Shown one piece after another: positions 58,533-64,000 of a stretch of DNA of 64,000 bases (the stretch's first letter is position 1; the number at the start of each line of letters is the position of its first letter). A model generated the notes under the pieces. It saw only the letters and a list, made by a program, of their open reading frames with translations. It ran no database searches and was not told the DNA's origin. The stretch is from Gemmatales bacterium (GTDB lineage: Bacteria; Planctomycetota; Planctomycetia; Gemmatales; HRBIN36): positions 18,479 through 82,478 of the forward strand of contig JANXCQ010000017.1 in assembly GCA_025060195.1 (NCBI GenBank), in the 5' to 3' direction. The position numbers were made by a program, and so were the translations under genes.

Positions 58533-60026
58533 TTGGCAAGCGACCTGACCCAACCCAACCACGCGGCTCCGCATCAACCCGGTATTGTATTGCTCATGGA
58601 TTGCGAACACGCGGGTCGGCTCAAACCTTCACACTTACTTATCCTTCGCGACTGGCTGACCCATCACTTCGGCCCTGTTGCGGGAATTCACCTGTTTGTT
58701 CCCATCTCTCGTGAATCGAAACGACTACGCCCTTTCGCTGAGTTAGGCTGCCAAATCCACTGTCTTCCCAACCGCCAAGTCTCGGTGCCCGAAATTCTGA
58801 ATCAGGTCTTACGCAACAACCTGGCACATTGGCCCAAATATGTGGCGGTTTTTTCCGGCCGAACCGCAACGGCTTCAGCGGTAGATGTAATCGTGCAAAA
58901 CAACCGGTTACCCATTCTTTTGGGGCGCGCTCGGCAGATATCTAAGAAACTGGCTTTCGAAGTGCAACGCTACATCGGTCAGGTCTATTCGGTAAGACTT
59001 CTCCAAGGCCAGGAAGATTCCCCCTTGGTGATCAAACCCGTAGGCCGCATACCAGGTACAAATGGTAAACGGAATGCCACTGCTAAAGTGTCCAATCAGC
59101 CAACTCAAACTGCGGAGAGTGGCGCCTCAGCGTCGTCAACAATACCTAGTGCCCCTAAAGTATCTCGTCAGCCCAATCAAATTGCCAGGGCGAAGCCAGC
59201 TCGACCGCTATCATCTCACGCCGCTGGTTTGGCCGTCTTCGTGGATTTGGAAAACCTCTCTTGGTTACGGGCAGATGTCTTGCAACAATTGCTTACCATC
59301 CTTAGCGACCGATTCGGTTTGGCCACTCTGGTACGTGTATATGCGAATACAGATTTAGGGCGCGGGTTCATCCAGACCATGCGAGGTCAGCAGTTTCATG
59401 TAGTCCTCGTGGACACCACGCGTAACATTGTAGACGAAGTCATCATGTGCGAGATAGCTAATCAACTGGCGCAACTGCCGCAGACAGTCGCGCTGTTCAC
59501 CGGCGACGGGGATTTCGTAAGCACGCTAAGCCGCATCGCCGATACGGGCCGCACTCCGGTTGTGCTCGCAACCTCAAAAAGTTTCAGTCCGCTCTTGTAT
59601 CGGACCATTAGCCGTGCTAGAGGCGCCCTCTACTTAGTGCAACCCGAGCGAAATCGCATTGTTTTCACGCCCGTCCTGGAAGCACCGTATCAGACCCCTC
59701 CGATTTCGCATAGTGCCTCGGACCAAGCTTCTGTTTCACCCCATATCGAGCCCACTGGTCCCGTTTACGTCGGCTCTCAAACAGGCAATCACTTATCCAC
59801 CCAGCAAGACAACCCAATATCCCACGCCTCTAGTGCCCCCAAACTTCCTGTCTCCAACGCCAAGGATTGGTGGACCTCTCATTTCGACCCGAAGCCAAAA
59901 CAGCTACCTACACCCTACGACTATTCCCCAATGTCTGGCCCTCAGGAGACGCACCAACAACCGAGGCCCAATGGCATTTTGTCGCGCTTACGGCAGTGGT
60001 TCATAAATTGGTTGGACTCCCTCTAA
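58533..60026 (+). CDS. Tandem NYN (LabA/DUF88, PIN-like) domain protein
   Basis: AVFVDLENL...VD...LFTGDGDF in the second half; degenerate copy VLLMDCEH...AVFSG in the first half; AAGGAG RBS before TTG. Confidence 0.72.
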   Translation: MASDLTQPNHAAPHQPGIVLLMDCEHAGRLKPSHLLILRDWLTHHFGPVAGIHLFVPISRESKRLRPFAELGCQIHCLPNRQVSVPEILNQVLRNNLAHWPKYVAVFSGRTATASAVDVIVQNNRLPILLGRARQISKKLAFEVQRYIGQVYSVRLLQGQEDSPLVIKPVGRIPGTNGKRNATAKVSNQPTQTAESGASASSTIPSAPKVSRQPNQIARAKPARPLSSHAAGLAVFVDLENLSWLRADVLQQLLTILSDRFGLATLVRVYANTDLGRGFIQTMRGQQFHVVLVDTTRNIVDEVIMCEIANQLAQLPQTVALFTGDGDFVSTLSRIADTGRTPVVLATSKSFSPLLYRTISRARGALYLVQPERNRIVFTPVLEAPYQTPPISHSASDQASVSPHIEPTGPVYVGSQTGNHLSTQQDNPISHASSAPKLPVSNAKDWWTSHFDPKPKQLPTPYDYSPMSGPQETHQQPRPNGILSRLRQWFINWLDSL

Positions 60027-60150
60027 TCAAGTCCTATAACGAGACGATTGCCGCGATAATTAGCTTCCCCTATCTTAAGGCGAGCAAGTCTAAGCCCGAG
60101 ACCAGGGGCCTACTTGATCAAGCTTTACGTCTTAACCAGGAGGGCTTACT

Positions 60151-60630
60151 ATGCGCAAAGTTCACTGGTTGAGGGTGATATTGCTCGGTACTGGACTAAT
60201 CGTCAGCGCGGTGAGATTTGAACTGCTGGCTCAAGATCAGTTCAAAATTGTCAAGGAGTGGAAAGGCGGCTTCAGTGGGGTAGATAAGCCCGCCCAAGTC
60301 GTGATCCGAGATGCCAAAACTTGGGCCGATTGGTGGGACAAAGTACATAGCCGCGTTATCCCAAAACCCGAGTTACCCGAAGTAGATTTCACTAAGCACA
60401 TGGTCGTGGCCGTGTTTATGGGCATGCGCAGCACAGGGGGTTATGCCATCCGCATTACGGACGTTCGCTGGGATAAAGCCAAAGACAAACTCCAAATCTT
60501 AGTTCAGGAGATATCACCTGCGCCCGGTGCTATCGTCACCCAGGCCCTCACTCAGCCCTACCATATCGTGGTCATACCCAGAACGGAAAAAACGGTCGAA
60601 TTTATCTTAGAAAAAATCACAGGTAAATAG
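60151..60630 (+). CDS. Secreted PrcB-family (protease complex subunit) domain protein
   Basis: Signal peptide; PEVDF...VVAVFMG.RSTGGYAI, TQALTQPYHIV.IP. Confidence 0.8.
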   Translation: MRKVHWLRVILLGTGLIVSAVRFELLAQDQFKIVKEWKGGFSGVDKPAQVVIRDAKTWADWWDKVHSRVIPKPELPEVDFTKHMVVAVFMGMRSTGGYAIRITDVRWDKAKDKLQILVQEISPAPGAIVTQALTQPYHIVVIPRTEKTVEFILEKITGK

Positions 60631-60696
60631 CCTTCTAAGTGCGACTTAGAAGCGCCGTAGCACAACGCTCAACTGGTAGAGCCTTAGGAGGAGCTT

Positions 60697-61689
60697 ATGC
60701 AGCGCATTAGCTGGGTCTTGCTAATTGCGTTTAGTGGCACATGGTGGCTCAGTATTCATAACCCCGTTCCTGGACAAAGTCCACTTAGCATCAAGATCGA
60801 ACAGGTGGCCTATGGAGGTTGGAAGAATAATCTTCGGATTAGCAACGGGGAAGTGGAACTCATCGCAACTTTAGATGTCGGACCCCGTATTATTCGCTAT
60901 GGTTTTGTCGGCCATCAGAACGTTTTTCACGAATATGCCGATCAATTGGGCAAATCCGGCGAAAAAGATTGGCAAATTCGCGGCGGCCACCGGCTCTGGG
61001 TTGCTCCTGAAGACGAAAAACGCACCTATTTTCCTGACAACGCCCCTGTCAAATATCACCAGCGCGCTGGACGAATCGTACTTACTCCACCTCCCGAAAC
61101 TCCCTGGGGCCTGCAAAAGGAAATCGAAATTCTTCTTCATCCGCAAGGGACCCGGGTCGACGTATTTCATCGCATCCGCAACGTTGGAAAGGAACCGACG
61201 CAACTTGCCCCGTGGGCACTTAGTGTGATGGCGCCCGGAGGCGTCGAGGTGATTCCCTTACCCCCGAAACAACCTCACCCTCAGGCTCTCCTGCCGAACC
61301 AGGTATTAGTGCTCTGGCCTTATTTCGACTTCACCGACCCTCGTTACACCTTCGGTAAGCAGGTGATTCTCTTACGCCACGACTCGAAACGCGGACCCAC
61401 CAAGATCGGACTAAGACACACTCTCGGCTGGGCCGCTTATGCCAACCGCGGGACCTTATTTATCAAACGTTTTCATTTCCTGGCCGAACGAACATATCCC
61501 GATTTCGGGGTCAATTATGAAACTTTCACTAACGAAGACATGTTAGAAATGGAAACCCTAGGCCCCTTAGTCACTCTTCAACCTGGTGAAGAAGTCCTGC
61601 ATAGCGAAAGCTGGGAGCTACGTCGCTTCGACCGTAAGATCACGAATGAAGACGACGCCCTGCGTCTAGTAGTTAGTCAAATTCGCTAA
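60697..61689 (+). CDS. Secreted conserved hypothetical protein (possibly galactose-mutarotase-like beta-sandwich)
   Basis: Signal peptide; DVGPRII, GGHRLW.APE...TY.PDN, YPDFG...E, LEMETLGP. Confidence 0.75.
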   Translation: MQRISWVLLIAFSGTWWLSIHNPVPGQSPLSIKIEQVAYGGWKNNLRISNGEVELIATLDVGPRIIRYGFVGHQNVFHEYADQLGKSGEKDWQIRGGHRLWVAPEDEKRTYFPDNAPVKYHQRAGRIVLTPPPETPWGLQKEIEILLHPQGTRVDVFHRIRNVGKEPTQLAPWALSVMAPGGVEVIPLPPKQPHPQALLPNQVLVLWPYFDFTDPRYTFGKQVILLRHDSKRGPTKIGLRHTLGWAAYANRGTLFIKRFHFLAERTYPDFGVNYETFTNEDMLEMETLGPLVTLQPGEEVLHSESWELRRFDRKITNEDDALRLVVSQIR

Positions 61690-61741
61690 TCATGTTCGGT
61701 AATCATGCAAGTAGAGGAAAAGCGTACCGACGAGGAACTCA

Positions 61742-62317
61742 ATGATGGCTGCAAAGAAGATTCTGATATTAGTGGGCGATTATGTCGAAGACTATGAGGC
61801 GATGGTGCCATTTCAGGCGCTGCTCATGTTAGGACACACAGTCCACGCGGTCTGTCCTGGAAAACGAGCCGGTCAGACCGTGCGGACCGCGGTTCACGAT
61901 TTTGAAGGCGACCAGACTTATAGCGAAAAACCCGGCCATCACTTCCGCCTAAATGCCACGTTCGAGGAAATTCGCCCCGAAGACTACGATGCCTTAGTCG
62001 TGCCCGGTGGTCGTGCCCCCGAATACCTCCGGCTGAATCCCCGCGTTTTAGAAATTGTTCGACATTTTGCGCAGGCTCGAAAACCTATCGCGGCGATCTG
62101 TCATGGCTTGCAATTATTAGCCGCTGCCGGCGTTCTACAAGGCAAAAAAGTTACCGCCTATCCGGCCGTAGGCCCAGAAGTTCGCGCCAGCGGTGGCGAA
62201 TATATCGAAATTCCTGTGGATCAGGCCCTGACCGATGGAAATTTAGTGACTGCCCCCGCCTGGCCGGCTCACCCAGCGTGGCTCGCTCAATTTATCCAGC
62301 TCCTCGATAGCCGATAG
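61742..62317 (+). CDS. DJ-1/PfpI family protein
   Basis: [50 protein letters not shown]. Confidence 0.95.
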   Translation: MMAAKKILILVGDYVEDYEAMVPFQALLMLGHTVHAVCPGKRAGQTVRTAVHDFEGDQTYSEKPGHHFRLNATFEEIRPEDYDALVVPGGRAPEYLRLNPRVLEIVRHFAQARKPIAAICHGLQLLAAAGVLQGKKVTAYPAVGPEVRASGGEYIEIPVDQALTDGNLVTAPAWPAHPAWLAQFIQLLDSR

Positions 62318-62336
62318 CACGATCGGAGTTACGAGC

Positions 62337-63881
62337 ATGGTAGCCCAAGCAGAAACATTACGCCTGGTATTAGAGATTCGCGATCGGGAGGTAATTGAAG
62401 AACTGAGCAAGTTTTCCGACGAGGCTGAACGTCAAGCCTTTGCCTTAGCGGCTTTACGTATAGGTATCTTAGCGCTGCGCCAGGCCCGCGGCGACTTAGA
62501 TAAACAAACCATTCGGGAAGAGGCCGACCGATTGTTAGAAAACCTGCGCAGCTGTCTTTCCTCGCATCAGCAGCTCCTCAGTGAACAACTCGAATCAGCA
62601 CTACGACATTACTTCGACCCGCGAGACGGACAATTTCCCCAGCGCGTCGAGCGCCTCATCGGACAGAATGGCGAGTTAGAACAATTTTTACGCCGTTATA
62701 TCGGTCAGCAGGATTCGGAATTAGCTAAGACCTTAGCAGCGCATGTCGGCGAAAATAGCCGTCTCATGCAGTATCTCTCTCCCCAGCAACGCGAGGGTTT
62801 ATTAGCACACTTACAAAAGCTCGTGGAAGATAAACTCCGTGAACAACGCGAACACGTCTTGCAACAATTTTCCCTCGACAACCAAGACGGGGCCTTATCC
62901 CGATTCCTACGCCAACTCAAGGAGCATCAGCAACAAGTAGCCGGCGACCTGCAAACCAAGATCGCTACTGTCGTGGAAGAGTTCTCCTTAGATCGGGAGG
63001 ACTCCGCATTAAGTCGTCTGGTACGCAACGTCCAAGACGCGCAGAATAAGATTATCTCGGAGTTTTCGTTGGATAATGATAACTCAGCCTTATCGCGCCT
63101 TCGCAAAGAGTTGATAAGCACCTTAGAAAAAATCCGGGACTCGCAACAGGCATTTCAGCAGGAGGTGAAGAAGGAACTGGCGGCCCTCCAGGCGCGCAAA
63201 GAGGAGATGCAGCGGTCGGTGCGGCATGGTTTGCAATTCGAGCAGGCGCTATATCAACACTTGCGTAATGAGCCCACCCTCTTCGGACACCTGGTCGAAT
63301 TTGTGGGCGATAAAGTCGGTAAGTCGCCGCGCTCGAAAGTCGGCGACATCGTTATCCAACTGAACAACGATTCTGCGGCTGCCGGCGCCCGCATTGTCAT
63401 CGAGGCCAAGGAACAGCAGAGCTATACCGAGAGGCAAGCCCTGGAGGAACTCGCCCAAGCGCGGCAAAACCGAGAAGCCCAAATCGGCATCTTCGTCTTC
63501 TCGCGAAAAACTGCGCCCAAAGATATCCGGCCCCTCTTTCGTCAGGAGAATGACATCCTCACGCTGTGGGACCCGGAAGATCCAAGCACCGATATCTATT
63601 TGCAAGGCGCCGTGCTTGTTGCCTTAGCACTATGCGTCCGTGCGGCCAAGCAGAGCACCCTCGCCAGTGCCGATATCGAAGTTCTTGAAAATGCATTAAG
63701 ACAGCTGGAAAAATCTCTCACGGGACTGGAAAAAATCGAAAAATGCGCAACCACGATTCGCAACCAGGCAGACGAAGTTCACAAGGAAGCCACGAAGTGC
63801 CGTAAAGAACTCGAGAATCAACTCGACGCCTTACGCCACTCTCTCGAAAGCTTGCGCCACTTGTTCCAGCGCGGCAATTAA
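62337..63881 (+). CDS. Coiled-coil repeat protein with a C-terminal PD-(D/E)XK nuclease-like domain (RmuC-like architecture)
   Basis: Long coiled coil; G..FE...GDIV...IVIEAK...ARQNR.A..GIFV; terminal coiled coil; GGAG RBS. Confidence 0.7.
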   Translation: MVAQAETLRLVLEIRDREVIEELSKFSDEAERQAFALAALRIGILALRQARGDLDKQTIREEADRLLENLRSCLSSHQQLLSEQLESALRHYFDPRDGQFPQRVERLIGQNGELEQFLRRYIGQQDSELAKTLAAHVGENSRLMQYLSPQQREGLLAHLQKLVEDKLREQREHVLQQFSLDNQDGALSRFLRQLKEHQQQVAGDLQTKIATVVEEFSLDREDSALSRLVRNVQDAQNKIISEFSLDNDNSALSRLRKELISTLEKIRDSQQAFQQEVKKELAALQARKEEMQRSVRHGLQFEQALYQHLRNEPTLFGHLVEFVGDKVGKSPRSKVGDIVIQLNNDSAAAGARIVIEAKEQQSYTERQALEELAQARQNREAQIGIFVFSRKTAPKDIRPLFRQENDILTLWDPEDPSTDIYLQGAVLVALALCVRAAKQSTLASADIEVLENALRQLEKSLTGLEKIEKCATTIRNQADEVHKEATKCRKELENQLDALRHSLESLRHLFQRGN

Positions 63882-64000
63882 CTAAGTATTTCGCGCTCAT
63901 GGGCTAATTAATCTAAGTCTTTAGCTTCAGGCGGCCCTATCTTGGTTGCGTTGCTGCTTGTTCTATAAATGCATTACTTACTGATTAACCAGTAGACCCC

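Noticed and set aside
1-64000. CRISPR arrays, IS elements, prophage, stop-codon recoding
   Set aside because: No regularly spaced repeats, transposase, integrase or phage genes were seen; recognisable genes are full-length under the standard code, and several end normally in TAG.

Overview
This is a gene-dense bacterial chromosomal window, most likely from a planctomycete (Gemmatales-like). That assignment is inferred from the methanopterin-type C1 cofactor genes, a cytochrome b/c fusion with a Rieske partner, several TPR/HEAT proteins and small secreted Tyr/Pro-rich proteins. The window contains a split complex I (nuoG-H-I, with nuoN isolated 21 kb away), a prepilin peptidase, an HDOD-REC-GGDEF cyclase, a flagellar cluster (flgF-G-A-H-I-J-N-K-L), purB, a Zn/Mn ABC pair lacking its permease, rnc, tatD, tRNA-Val(TAC), fabZ-like, trmB, larC, holA and prs. 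It also holds a pterin/methanopterin biosynthesis island (mptG, DUF447, pabB, orf20-like, PCD, queD, divergent queC-like). No CRISPR array, rRNA, integrase or transposase was seen. The best candidates for undescribed systems are: (1) a divergent QueC-like enzyme plus QueD and PCD embedded in the methanopterin island with no queE/queF; (2) a REC-GAF-like sensor paired with a cytoplasmic, prodomain-less subtilase; (3) a pseudokinase-PilZ fusion with a three-hairpin RNA-like element upstream; (4) a cytochrome b that has lost a heme ligand and the PEWY motif. All family calls come from motif recognition by eye; no database searches were run.
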